Of a stretch of DNA of 64,000 nt, positions 1-12,866 are shown in pieces. Position 1 is the stretch's first letter; each line of letters starts with the position of its first letter. A program made the position numbers and the translations under genes. Where the stretch lies: positions 54,126,001 to 54,190,000 of the forward strand of contig OX597814.1 in NCBI GenBank assembly GCA_951406725.2, written 5' to 3'. Under the pieces are notes generated by a model. That model searched no databases. It worked only from the letters and a program-made list of their open reading frames with translations, and was not told the DNA's origin. Source of the DNA: Octopus vulgaris. Taxonomy: Eukaryota.

Positions 1-249
1 AATTATTGGTGTTTATGATGATATAAAGAGTAAAAAGTAACAGCTGTAGGTCAGAATAAACAAGCTAATTGTACGTCCAGTTAATACAGGCCCTTTTAAT
101 AATTCCACATTTGAACTCTATTGAGCTGAGAGCCTTACCATGAATATCTTTCACAAGTTTCTGACTTTGTCCACTACTAAATAAGTGCATGACTTGTGAT
201 GACTTTTGCATGAATAAAAAAGATGCTAGTGAATTGCATAAAATGTGGA

Positions 250-1000
250 ATTAGTTACAATTGTTTCATATTCAAATTTGCTTACCAGAGGCCCAAATCT
301 CTCTACCTTCAACCTATCTGTGCTGTCCAGGCTATACCCTGAATTTTAACGTAGCTCTGAAATGTAGTGTCTGTAAATATATAGAATTCTCTATGCACTA
401 TTCACTTCTCTCATCTGGACTTCAATTACCAATGAGCTCTAGCCACTTTGATTTAGACATCTCTGATTCAGATATCCCCCCCAAACACCCAATCCATATC
501 AAGCTATTTGACAATCTCACTTTGTACACTGATGACACCTACCTCACATTACCAATCCCACCCAGTGTGATGACTCAATCGTACTTGGGGAATTCAATGT
601 ATATAATTCCTCCGGGCCCTCACACTCCTTCCATACCAACATTGCTGGCACAGAGGCTGAATTGTTTATCATTTTGAACTGTCTGCACCATTTAATATCC
701 ATATCTCTGATAGACATACCAACACACAAAATACCATTGATCTTTTTATTACCTTCATACACATGCTTTATTCATGTATTACTAGCTTTGCACTCATTGG
801 ATTGTCCAATCACTGTTTAATAACAGCAACATACTGCACATCCTTCTACTGTACAACACTCAAACTCTTTTAATGTTTAGACTTGCTAACTGGTCAGAGT
901 TCCTCCAGTTCTATGCAGACAATCCCTGGCAGCAAATGTGTTTCATACTCAACCCATTTAAGACAACTAAGTGCTTGACTGAAACTATTCTCTGAAGTTT
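250..1000 (+). mobile_element. Decayed non-LTR retrotransposon (CR1/Jockey-type) AP-endonuclease remnant
   Basis: Frame-broken motifs in the expected order: IVLGEFNV (~578-601, cf. ILGDFNVH), HISDRHTNTQNTIDLFIT (cf. PTRIPDR..NILDLFLT), LIGLSNHCLI (cf. LGSSDH) and FRLANWSEFLQFYADNPWQQMCF. Confidence 0.7.
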
Positions 1001-1122
1001 GTCCAAATCCCCAAATAGTATTTAATTGCTCAGTTTAATACAACAACCTGAACTGTGGTGCTTTTAGCAGTGACAGAGATCTTCTCTCCCTCTGTTACAC
1101 CAGTCTTGGAGGTCTTGTAAAG

Positions 1123-1348
1123 CAGGGATCCTCTGTCACAGGGCTATGGATCATTTGGTACTGGGCCACAAAGAAGAATAAATTTGTAAATTTTATTTCC
1201 ATTTTATTGACTATCACAATTTTCAAAGTGTTTTTGTATTATATATGTAATAATTTATTGGGTTTTGTTATGAATGTGATACCCTGTCTGTTGAGAAACT
1301 GTCTTGCATGAAACTTGTCTGTGGTGCAAAAATGGTTGGGGTCTGCTG
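1123..1348. mobile_element. hAT/Charlie-like MITE (MER1-like ends)
   Basis: Ends CAGGGATCC... and ...AAAAATGGTTGGGGTCTGCTG; imperfect 8-bp flanks TTGTAAAG/CTATAAAG; related 5' half at ~18920-19010. Confidence 0.6.
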
Positions 1349-1397
1349 CTATAAAGGGTTCATGGGCACTACCTTTCCTCCGTACTATAATAATAAT

Positions 1398-1548
1398 CGA
1401 CCCAACATTCAACTGGTACTTATTTTATCAACCCTGAAAGGATGAAAGGCAAAGTCGACCTTGGTGGAATTTGAACTCATAATGTAAAAGCAGATGAAAA
1501 GCTAAGTCTTTTGTCCAGTGTGCTAACAACTCTCAGTTTACAGCCTTA
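1398..1548 (-). mobile_element. tRNA-derived SINE family A (central GCCTTTCATCCTTTCGGGGTCGATAAAATAAGTACCAG domain)
   Basis: Reverse complement of the family consensus seen intact at 47251-47470. Confidence 0.8.
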
Positions 1549-3482
1549 ATAACAACAACAACAAATATTTTCAAAAATGGTGTTGTGTTGCAACAGAACA
1601 TATAAAGAACACTGTCTGCAATTTCCCCGCCACCATAAAACCTGCAAAACTACCATCAGAAATGCAAGAGGATGCTTTTGTGTATTGCATAGCAGACAAA
1701 ATGAGGTAAGCAAGATTATAAACGTTGCCTTGAGGCACAGTAGTATGAATCATTACATATTACATATGCCACTCAGACAGGGGACTGAGGCAGTCATCTT
1801 GATAGTAATATCTGGTGAAATTCACTGTTTGTGTTTTGAAATTAACTTAAAAAAACAAACAAACAAACAAAAAAAAAACTGAGAAATTTGGTGATTTAAT
1901 AAGGAAACCGAATCAAAATAAAATTGGTGTTTGAAACATAACAAAAGGGACTTATGTATACAAAATTATGATGGGATTATATGAATACTTTAACAAGAAA
2001 TTTTATTATAGACCCAGAGAGACTCTCATACAGATTAGTATCAAAGAAGTCAAGTGTTTGGTAAGAAATATATATAAGATGAAAAATACATGGCTTTGAG
2101 TTCAGTCCCACTGCATGGCACCTCTGCATGGCTCATTGTTTATATAACTAATAATTGACTTTTACTGGGCTTCATGGTTTGATATCAAAATAAATAAATA
2201 AATAAAAGAAAAAGCTATCATCACTCAATCAATCCTTGCCTACATTATTGATTGATATTTTACAGACTTAAAAGAATTTGAAACCCAGAACAGTGAGGCA
2301 TCAAACCAGGTACAGTATAGCAAAGCTTTCCAGACCGGCATTTGACAATCTCAACTGTTTCCGCCAACCTGATATTACAAATTATGAATAAACAACAACA
2401 ACAATAATAATAATAATCACTAACTGAATTATTGATTATATTTTGCATGGGAAGAGAACCAACAAGACCCTTTTATTCAAAAAAGGGATAGTGATATAGC
2501 TGATTGAAATCAGGGCTTAATATTACTGATGGTAAAATTTTATCCAAGAGCAACAAGATAGAAATGCCAAGTCAAGTCAATTCTACTATGATTTGAATGT
2601 AGAAATGTAAAGTATTTAGTTTGAGGTGTTATTTGCACTAAGTTCCACATTCCTGACAAAATTTCAAAAAATGTTTGAAGAATGATAAGATAGTATGAAG
2701 TCTTTTGCTGAAATTTACTTAAAAAAAAAAATAATTAAAAAAAAAAAAAATCACCCTCAGTTTATGCACATCCAACATAAAGAATTAAGATAATTAAATA
2801 TATAAAAAAAATCTAACTAGAAAAATTGATGATTAAAAAAATATTTATACAATGTGTTGAATATTCATTGTGGTAGATGCACATTAAAATGACTTTGCTA
2901 AAGCAAAATTAGCTTTAAAAAGACTTAATTACAAGTATTATAGAAGTAGATTAAAATATTGGAATTGACAGTCAAGAAAAAAAGAACTAAATGTATTTGA
3001 ATGTCTTAAAAAAATTCTTTAAAAAAAAAAAAGAAAGGAAATTTAGTGAAAATCGAAATAAATGAACAAACAATGTCAAAATTGCAACTAATATAACAGA
3101 CAGTTCAAAGGTTGTACTGAATGGCTACTGATGTAGACTGACGGCAACGAAAGAGTTAAAGTAAATTATCAGGGTGCGAATTATGAATATACCAATATGG
3201 AAAATCCAGGGTTAAACTTTAGATGGAAATAAATGATAATCAATGCAAAATATTACAGATTTGAAGAGAAAACAGAATAAACACTGAAATTTTTACTAAC
3301 CAGAATCAGAAATTTAAATAATACACCTTCTTTGAGACAGCACTATTATAGCAGTATGTTGGCTGATACTACAGGGGTAAGTTGGTGTATGTGTGCATGT
3401 GCATGTGTGTATGTGTGCGCGTACGTCTAAATATGTATAGACACGAAATTTGTTAGAGAGGAAAGGAAGGAGTTACTAAGCA

Positions 3483-3580
3483 GGGAGAGAGAGGAGAGAG
3501 ACAGAGAGAGAGATAGAGAGAGAGAGAGAGGGAGGGAGAGAGATAGAGAGAGCAATATAGAAATAGAGAAAGAGAAGGAG
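3483..3580. repeat. (GA)n / purine-rich microsatellite
   Basis: Seen directly. Confidence 0.9.
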
Positions 3581-3759
3581 AGTTACAGTCAGACAACAAA
3601 TGGAAAATTTCTGCCAGAACAGTTAAAGTGTGGAAGTGAATAGGAAGCAGTAAAAGAGAGACCAATATAAGAAAAAGAAGGAAGGTTAAAGAATTTGATT
3701 GATGAAGACTTTCAATGGAGGGAAATACCATATGACTGCATTGATTTATTTAATAATAA

Positions 3760-4200
3760 TAATAATGGTTTCAAATTTTGGCACAAGGCCAGCAATGTCG
3801 GGGTAGGGGAGAGTGGTTTTACATTGACCCCAGTGTTCGACTGGTACTTATTTTATCGGACCTGAAAGGATGAAAGGCAAAGTTGAATTTGAACCCAGAA
3901 CATAAAGAAATGCCACTAAGCATTTTGTCTGGTGTGCTTATGGTTCTGCTTGCTAGCCACCTTATTAATAACAATAATCATTTCTACTGGAAGTACAAGG
4001 CCTCAAATTTGTGAGGAAGGGACTAGTTGATTACATCGACCCCCAATGTCTGACTGGTACTTATTTTATTGAGCCCAAAAGGAAGAATGGCAAAGACAAT
4101 CTTGGTGGAATTTGAACTCAGAACATAGCAGCAGGACGAAATACCGCTAAGCATTTTGCCTGGCATGCTAATGATTCTGCCAGCTTGCACCTTAATAATA
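3760..4200 (-). mobile_element. Two tandem family-A SINEs
   Basis: Two copies of ...ggcacaaggcc...ctggtacttattttatcg...ggatgaaaggcaaag...aagcattttg, separated by (TAA)-rich spacers. Confidence 0.85.
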
Positions 4201-6344
4201 ATAATAATAATACATGAAATGGAAAGTGCAATAATGTATGAAATAAACCTCAGAGAGATGAGTTTATTGATCCATGGGCATAGTTAATTCAATTGGGTAG
4301 TTTATGAATATTACTACAAATCAGTCAGTTTCTACCCTTCTCTCATTCTATATAAACTTCATGTTTCATGCTGCAAATGAAAAAAAAATTCTTTGCAAGC
4401 AGCAGAGTGGTAGACATGGTAGAGCCTTACTTCTATGCTGATAATGCAAACCTTTCACTCCTTGTTAACATCATTGAGATTAAGAAGAAATACCATAAAA
4501 GCTTTATTTTATTTAGTTGCAATTCTGATAGTTTCAAATTTAACAAAGTCAACTTTGTTTTTCAGCCTTCTCAGGTGAGGGAAGGGAATTTTAGGAGTTA
4601 AAGAAAGTAAATATTTCAAGTTTCAATCAACAAACTCCCTCCCCATAAATTTAAGGCCTTGTGCCTCTATTATTAATATTATAGCAGCAGCAGTTGCAAT
4701 AATATTATAAGAGTATTGAACAAACTGCTTTGTAGTGTATGTCACAACTCCTCATGCTCTGAGCTCAAACCCTATGGTTAACTTTACCTTTCATTTTTTT
4801 TTAGAATCTGTAAAGTATGAGTCAAATAGGAAGACCATTTTAATCAACTGATACCCTCTCCCAATTTCTAACCTTGAATACATGTAAGAAATTATTATTA
4901 GAATTGGTGGAAGGATGAATTGGTATAATATCAGATAATAATATTGTTGTCTGATATTATACCAATACCAAAATTGTATTGCATTACTTCCTTTTGTATT
5001 TGGGTTCAAATCCCACTTCGGATTTGAACTTAGCCTTCCATTCTCTTGAGACTTGATAAATTAACCAAGTACCAATGAAGCTATGTTCTCCCTTCTATTA
5101 TGTGGCATGAAAACTGTCAGAAAGCATTAATGTGCTGAATGTATATTATTACTATACAGAATGGTCTAGCCCATGCCAGCACGGAAAATAGACTTTAAAT
5201 GATGATAACAATGATGATGTATGCTTTAATTTTTCTATATCAAAAGATAATTTCAAATGCAGTTTAAAAATCCCATTTGTAGTTAGCTTACTTCACTTAC
5301 ATTGTGAATATACTCAAGAAATCCGATCAATGAAAAGGCATCTACATGGTTGCTTATCTGTCAGAAATATTAGTCAAACCTTACACAAATCATGCCTGAC
5401 CACCTCAAATAAAAGAATCATTAGATGATGTAATCTCTGATATCTCAAAAAGGGATGGGTAGGTATAATCACAGCTGGGTTTACAAATCAGAGCTGAAGA
5501 AATTAATGAATAAATATTACACAATCTCATTCACCATTGCCTATAAATATGAAGCAATGTGTCTCTGCAAGTGGATTGTATTGTACTTTAGAATAGAAGC
5601 AAGCTTCTAGCAAGTCAAGCCAGCAACTTGGTTTAGATTTCTTGTAGAAGCCATTTAACTTCATTTCACTTAATGTCTAAATGCATTTCAAAAGTTCATG
5701 AAGATTACACAATTCTTTATAAGTCTAGAGCTTTGTGTGTCCTGAAAAAAAAAACTCAACAAAAACAAAACAAAAACCAAACAGTTTAATATATTAATGA
5801 TGAAATAATTAACATATGAACATGAAGAATTCCTTAATTTATTAAGGGAAAAGTTTAAGGAAGGGAAAAAGGAAAGCAATGGAAACTGACTACAGGTTGC
5901 AGTGTCTAGTTGACAACAAGAAGCACTGTAACTATGTGCAGCACTTCTGTACTTAATGCTTGCAACAGCATTACAGACTTAGCAGCAAAAAGTGAAGGGA
6001 AGCAAAGAGTTTGGGGAGAAAATGTTTGCCAGTGATGGCTGACTATAACAATGTATCTCAGCTATTGCTGCACATTGGCAAGTCTGTGCAGTTGAGTGAG
6101 TCATGAAGCAATAGAGACTACTTGAAAGATATCAGGCATTCTGTGTCTTCATATAATTGTAAAAGACTTCATTGTATTGTCTATGTTTTTACACAAACAT
6201 GCATATATATTATTATTGAGGAAATTATTATTATTATAAGAAGCCTAACTATTATATTTCAGTCAGAAGAGTGAAATATTGATTGAAAATAAATAAATAA
6301 ATAAAATAAAATAAAAATGGGTGGATCGGAAGATAAATATACTT

Positions 6345-6532
6345 TTCTACTTTAGGCACAATACCCGAAATTTTTAGAAAGGGAGCCAGTCAATTAGATC
6401 GCCCCAGTATGCAGCTGGTACTCAATTTATCGACCTCGAAAGGATGAAAGGCAAAAGTTGACCTTAGTGGAATTTGAACTCAGAAAGTAAAGACAGACGA
6501 AATACCGCTAAGCATTTTGTCCGGCATGCTAA
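6345..6532 (-). mobile_element. Family-A SINE
   Basis: Same central domain and head, in reverse orientation. Confidence 0.85.
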
Positions 6533-6779
6533 TCAGAAGATAAATATAATTATAGTAATCTATGTATCACACACTGATACAGTATCAATAAAATATTATT
6601 GTTGCTGCTGTTTAGCACCAGGTTCATCCTGATCCAGAAGAATATGATCAAAGGTGTTCCAGCCATGACCATCCTAATTTTTATTTCAGCAGTGTATCTT
6701 GTGTTACATTAATCAATATATAATTATTTTCAGTTGTGGAGCATGAAAATAAGGAAGATTTGGTTATTATTTTAGTGAC

Positions 6780-7565
6780 TCTGATAAGATGAAAGACAAT
6801 GTTAAATGCAGTAGGATTTGAATTCAGAACATAAAAAGCCCAAAGAAATACCACAAAGTATTTTCTCCGATGCTTTAATGAATTTATCCAGTTCACTGCC
6901 TTAAAATAATGGCTTCTAATTTAGGCACAAGGCCAGAAGTTTTGAGGGAAGCATATCAGTCAATAATACTGACCCCAATGTATCATTGGTATTTTATTTC
7001 ACTGACCCTGGAAGGATGAAAGGCAATTTTGGCCCAAGCAGGATTTGAACTCAGAACCTAAAGAACTGAAACAAAAATCCCAAGGTATTTCTGAACCCCA
7101 AACCGATCTGCCAATCCTCTATTCTAATAAAAATAATGGTTTCAAATTTTGGCACAATGCCAGCAATTTTACGGGAGGGGTAAGTCAATTACATTGACCC
7201 CATTGTTCAACTGGTACTTATAATATTGACCCCCAAAAGGATGAAAGGAAAAGTTGACTTTGGTGGAATTTGAACTCAACATAAAGACAGACAAAGTGTT
7301 GCTAAGCATTTTGTATGATGCAATAATGAATCTGCCAGCTCGCCAATCTAATAATGATTTCAAATTTTAGTACCAGGTCAGCAATTTTGGGAGAGGGCAC
7401 GAGTCGATTACACTGACCCTAGTGTTCAAGTGGTACTTATTTTATTAACCCTGGGGGATGAAAGGCAAAATTGACCTTCACAGAATTTGAAATCAGAACA
7501 AAAACTGATGAACCATCACTAAGCATTTTGTCTAGTGTGCTAATGTTTCTGCCAATTTGTTGCCT
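6780..7565 (-). mobile_element. Head-to-tail array of 3-4 family-A SINEs
   Basis: Repeat units at ~6780-6905 (head only), 6905-7125, 7130-7350 and 7352-7565. Confidence 0.85.
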
Positions 7566-8439
7566 TGATGACGATGATGATAATAATAATTTTTTCTCAT
7601 ATTGTTCACAAAGGTCCAAGATATTGGACCTTTGTGGTTTTGTACTTGATATAGCAGGAGTGGGAGTTTACACTGAGTAGAAAAAGAAAACAGTAACAAT
7701 ATATCAATAAGAGAAAATCTCTAATAAACAGAACCAACCAACAATCAATCAAAGCATTCTACTTAATAAATATTACTTACAAATGCACAAGGCTAGAAAT
7801 TTGAAAGGTGTGTGCCTTGAAAGTAAAAAAATTATGTTGGGGCTATGTAGTAAGAAGTTTGTTTCCTAACCACATAGTTCTGCCTGCATCTGTTGTAGAA
7901 CTAAATGTCAAAAAAGTTCAGGAATCACTGCAACAATCTATTTCTTCTAAGATTTTATGACTAGTTTTACTGCTAAACAAAGGAGAAAAAAAATGTACAC
8001 ATACATCCATACATATATATAGATATATAAAACCAATTATTTATCTATAGAATCACTATACTGGTAGTGATGGGCCGGGGAGCCTTACTAAGTTCATGCA
8101 GCTTTTGAAATTTTATACTATACATTAGCTATTATTAGTTTTTGCACAAAGCATCAATTAAGTTGTCACAGCAACAGAAAGCAGCTCCTAGATCCACAGT
8201 GAGATCGAAGATGGAAAATACCATTTGCTTATTGGTGTGTGTGTGTGTGCGTGTGTATATGTGTCATTTTGGATAAAAGCTGCTGATACAGCCATTTCCA
8301 GCAGTAATGTACTCTAACGGCTAAGAATGACACCACAAACAGATTCCTTGAAATGCTTTACATTTGTATGTACATGCATGTATTAGTGTATACAGGACTT
8401 TAAGTGAATATTTCATATATGCGTTAGTATGGGCAAGTA

Positions 8440-8624
8440 TGTATATCTATATATCAGTGTGTGTATATGCATACATAAATATACACATATATGCAAACAC
8501 ATACACACACATATGTATGCACCTCTCTCTCTCTCTCTCTAAATATATATATATATATACACATATGCGTAATATATATATATATACATATGCGTGTATG
8601 TATATATATATACAATTTATATGC

Positions 8625-8655
<31 letters not shown>

Positions 8656-8715
8656 TATATACATACACATGCATTCATATATGTGGGTGTGTGTATATAT
8701 ATATGTGTATATGTA
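8440..8715. repeat. Compound (TA)n/(CA)n/(CT)n microsatellite
   Basis: Seen directly; explains the overlapping Y/I/T/H-rich ORFs. Confidence 0.95.
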
Positions 8716-9555
8716 ACTCCATTGATTTGTGTTAACTTGGGTCTGAGTAGTAGATCTGTAGCCAGTGATTGAGCCTCTTCACCTCGATGGGTGCAAAATG
8801 TGTGTGCGTGTGTACACGCACACGTAGTATACATACCATATTTGATGGTTTATAAGTAAACAAGAATTTCTCAAAAAGGTTACCCTGGAGCCTATATGTG
8901 AAATTAGACCTCGTATAAACTTTAATGCACTAACAGGTTTTCCTGAATATGTACTGTAGAAACTGGTTATGTCTATTATGCCTATGCATTTTTTATGCCA
9001 TCCAATATGGTATATATATATATATATCAAATGGATGTGTTATAATACTATTCCACATATACAAAAACAGCTATACCAAGAGTCTAACATACCTCCATCA
9101 TTAGGTGTCCCACGGATATCGTTATGGTTTTGACACCTGGGCAGCACCAATCTAGCAGTGTTGACAGCATGAAAGTAAGTGTTGTTTGGGAACAAACATA
9201 CCAAAAGAACCAAAATTTTCAAACACATTTACCCTATGTAAAACCGTACAGAGGAAATGATATTGTCTACATTTCTCTTATGGTTTTATTGGAAAATATA
9301 TTTGAATAACTATTGTCCTTTTTAAAAAACATTTTTACTATTTTAAGTGCCTCCTTAATAATATTAGTCATCACTTGAGCCCCATATAGAATAATTAAAC
9401 ATATAATATCCTTTTTATTTCTTATACTTTTTATATTATCATTATTAGTAGACATCATCGGTAATTCTTGGGTATATTATATCTCTTCTTGTATACATTA
9501 CTATGTTTCTTACTATCGCTCATATGTAAAATTAGATATATAATATTTTGAAAAA

Positions 9556-9605
9556 GAACCTGAAGATGTGTTGGAATAATTGTAAATCTGACAATTGCAT
9601 ATATG

Positions 9606-9636
<31 letters not shown>

Positions 9637-9698
9637 GGTATAGAATTGTTAATATGTATATATATTGTAATCTTCCAATACTGAAACACGTGTAGTTC
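9556..9698 (+). ncRNA. Minimal type-I hammerhead ribozyme motif (Penelope-like)
   Basis: GAAC-CTGAAGA-t-GTGTTGGAA...(TA)n...TTCCAATAC-t-GAAAC-ACGT-GTA-GTTC: stem I GAAC/GTTC, stem II, palindromic stem III ACACGTGT. Confidence 0.75.
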
Positions 9699-9746
9699 CT
9701 TCATATTTAATAAATTTAAGTATTAACTAAAGTAGGAGATAATTAA

Positions 9747-10492
9747 TGAACTGCCATGCTTCATGGTAGTGAAACATGGGCTGTGACTGCGGAGGACATG
9801 TGTAGGCTTGAAAGAAATGAAGCTAGCATGATCCACTGGATATGTAATGTCAGTGTGCACACATGACAGAATGTAAGCGCCCTGAGAGAAATGTTGGACA
9901 TAACAAGTATCGGATGTGGTGTGCAAGAGAGATGTTTGCATTGATATGGTCATTTACTACGGATGGTGTGGAGAGCTGTGTGAAGAAGTGCCACTGCCAA
10001 ACAGTTGAAGGAATCTGGGGTAGAGGTAGACTCAGGAAGACATGGGATGAGGTGGTCAAGCATGACCTTTGAACACTGGGCTTCACAGAGGCAATGACAA
10101 AAAACTGAGACTTCTGGACTGCAAAGATCCGACAAATGAAGTGAATTCATGGCTTGCAGGACGGCCTGCTTGCTTACCTCAGATTGAAGGGTGACCTGCT
10201 GTGCTTGAGGGGACCTATTGAATGAAGTGCATCAACATCAAAATAAAAATCAAATAGAAATTGTAGTTGTGATACCCATGCTGGTAGCACATAAAAAGCA
10301 CCAACTGATCATGGCCATTGCCATCCTCCTCTGGCCCCTGTGCTGGTGGCATATAAAAAGCACCCACTACACTCACGGCGTGGTTGGCATTAGGAAAGGC
10401 ATCCAACTGTAGAAACACTGCCAGATCAGACTGGAGCCTGGTGCAGCCTCCTGGCTTCCCAGACCCCAGTTGAACCGTCCAACCCAGGCTAG
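9747..10492 (+). mobile_element. RTE-clade LINE 3' fragment (same family as 37793-39498)
   Basis: AMLHGSETWAVTAEDM...RGRLRKTWDEVVKHDL plus the shared 3' UTR. Confidence 0.9.
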
Positions 10493-10549
10493 CTTTTGTT
10501 AAATTTTTGAAATATATATATATATTTAAATATATATAATATATATATA

Positions 10550-10940
10550 GGCAAAGGAGTGGTTGTGTGGTAAGTAGCTTGCTTACCAACCACATGATTC
10601 CGGGTTCATTCCCACTGCGTGGCACCTTGGGCAAGTGTCTTCTACTATAGCCTCGGGCCGACCAAAGCCTTGTGAGTGGATTTGGTAGACGGAAACCCGT
10701 CGTATATATGTCTCGCTCTCTCTCTATATATATATATATGTTTGTGTGTCTGTGTTTGTCCTGTCCAACATTGCTTGACAACCGATGGTGGTGTGTTTAT
10801 GTCCCCGTAACATGGCAGTTCGGCAAAAGAGACAGATAGAATGAGTACTGGGCTTGCAAAGAATAAGCCCTGAAGTTGATTTGCTCGAGTAAAGGCGGTG
10901 CTCCAGCATGGCCAGTCAGGTGGCTGAAGCGAGTAAAATA
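10550..10940 (+). mobile_element. tRNA-derived CORE-type SINE family B with internal (TA)/(TG) microsatellite
   Basis: Head GGAGTGGTTGTGTGGTAAG...GGGTTCATTCCC, CORE-like CCTTGGGCAAGTGTCTT...AGCCTCGG, tail CTCCAGCATGGCC...GTAAAA. Confidence 0.9.
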
Positions 10941-11031
10941 ATATATATACATACATGTGTGTATGTGCATGTATATATATATATAAATTATCATTTAAAG
11001 TACATGTTCTATGCAGGTGTGCGTTGGACTA

Positions 11032-11578
11032 TATAAATATAAATTAAATTAGAGATAAAACCACTATTAGGCAAATCAAACAGTGAAAGACATAAACCAA
11101 AACATAAAAATAAATATAATTAATATAATATACAAAATAAATAAAATATAAAATTTATATTTATAAATTTTGAAACTTTTAATTTTTTAATCAATTATTT
11201 TTTCTTTTTAAAATATCAAAAAGTATTAAAGAGTTTAATATAATATAATAAGTAATATAATATAATATAATAATAAGTAATATAATATAATGGCTAAACT
11301 GGCAATATGACCATTCCGAAATATAACAATAATAAGTACTTACTTATTATATTAAACTTTTTAATACTTTTTGATAGTTAAAAAAAAATTAATTAAAAAA
11401 TTAAAAGTTTAAAAATTTATAAATTTAAAATAAAAAAAATATAAAAATTTATAAATATAAATTTTATATATATTTTGTATATTATATTAATTATATTTAT
11501 TTTCATGTTTTGGTTTATGTCTTTCACTGTTTGATTTGCCTAATAGTGGTTTTATCTCTAATTTAATTTATATTTATA
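11032..11578. repeat. AT-rich foldback with ~220-bp inverted arms, probably a Penelope-like inverted end
   Basis: AAATTAGAGATAAAACCACTATTAGGCAAATCAAACAGTGAAAGACATAAACCAAAACAT and its reverse complement at ~11505-11565. The family assignment is inference. Confidence 0.85.
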
Positions 11579-11684
11579 CTGTGAAATTTGATTTAATCCT
11601 AAATCTAATTTTTCCCTGTAAGTTTGGATATACTCCCTAATATTATTATTATATATATGTGTCTGTGTGTGTGTGTGTGTATCT

Positions 11685-11870
11685 TTTTCTTTTACTTGTT
11701 TCATTCATTAGCCTGCAGCCATGAAGAATTTTACTTGAACGAATCAACCCCGGTATTTATTTTTTTTGTAAAACCTGATACTTGTTCTATTGGAATCTTA
11801 TGCTGAACTTCTAAGTTATGGGAATGTAGTAAATATACCAACACTTGTTGTGGAGTGGTAGTGGGGAACA
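11685..11870 (-). mobile_element. Family-B SINE, 3' half
   Basis: ttttacttgtttcattcattagcctgcagccatg...acacttgttgt. Confidence 0.7.
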
Positions 11871-12644
11871 AAAAAAAAAATCGTTGATTAATTAGAGGGA
11901 AGTAATCCAGCTTTACATGAAATAAGTTATTTCCCTTATAAAATGATTCAAGCGCAAAAGATGGAACTTTTTCTTCTACTTGCAAAAATTTTCGAATAAT
12001 TATTTTATCAGGTTTCAGCAATGTGAAACCAGATGAAAGAGAAGGCTCTCTTTCCTCCAATCTTCCACTGGTCAAATGAAGGTAGCTTTTCCCGACGAAG
12101 GAATTGAATCTAGCACTGGCAAACAACCAGATACACGTTATTGTTAATGGTTGTTGAAAGCTATGCGTTTAGTAACAGGCCTGATATCTAATAGTTGATA
12201 GGAACCAACCACTAATTCCTCAGTGTCTTATTTATCTGGTCATTTGCACTCATAGAAGTTTCTTTTACAATAACACTCTTAACTTACATTCTTCCATTAC
12301 CTATTTTCTCAAGTTGTTTTAACCCCCACCTCCAGCCCCGACTAAGCTTACTAATGACCAAAGACGCCTGCCTCGTCTATGACCATTTCGTCCTTTACTC
12401 AACCACTGTACACACAGAAATAATGCCATATATCTTCCTTTTCAAGACTGTACGGTGTAATTTGTCAAAGATTTAGCTTTTGTTTCCACTATCAAGCGAC
12501 CACATAGGAGTTTCCGCATTTTAACATTTTTTCTTTCCTATCTCTAAACCCATACATGAATACTAGCAGTCGGAATGTAAATTTTACGTGGTCGCGCCTA
12601 TGTATGTGTATCTATCTATACACACATATATATATATATTTAAA

Positions 12645-12826
12645 ATAATAAGGGTGAAAAATTGAATATTAATTTGATTAATCTCAATTTAAAACCAGTG
12701 GTCTAGCATATCAAAATCTGAAGATTCAGAAAAATTATATTACATACATATAAGAGGAATGACCACTACGTGGTCTACTTCTAGCATAATGGATGTCCAT
12801 GTTGTGGTCATCCCACTTACATGTAC

Positions 12827-12830
<4 letters not shown>
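12645..12830 (+). mobile_element. Internally deleted copy of the Penelope-like repeat at 43310-43835
   Basis: 12645-12740 matches the reverse complement of 43740-43835, and 12750-12825 matches the reverse complement of 43310-43385. Confidence 0.7.

Positions 12831-12866
<36 letters not shown>

Noticed and set aside
8364-8834. Overlapping Y/I/T/H/C/V-rich ORFs (also at 44.3-44.9, 45.8-46.4 and 53.1-53.8 kb)
   Set aside because: Translations of TA/CA microsatellites.
8836-9010. Short inverted ends CCATATTTGATGG/CCATCCAATATGG with an internal CTGAATA...GAAAC
   Set aside because: Cannot distinguish a MITE from a decayed pLTR; the core is not intact.
12012-12081. Exon-like segment (ttatcag|...GAAG|GTAGCT) and the antisense 131-aa ORF
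   Set aside because: Weak donor, all + frames closed, no homology recognised.
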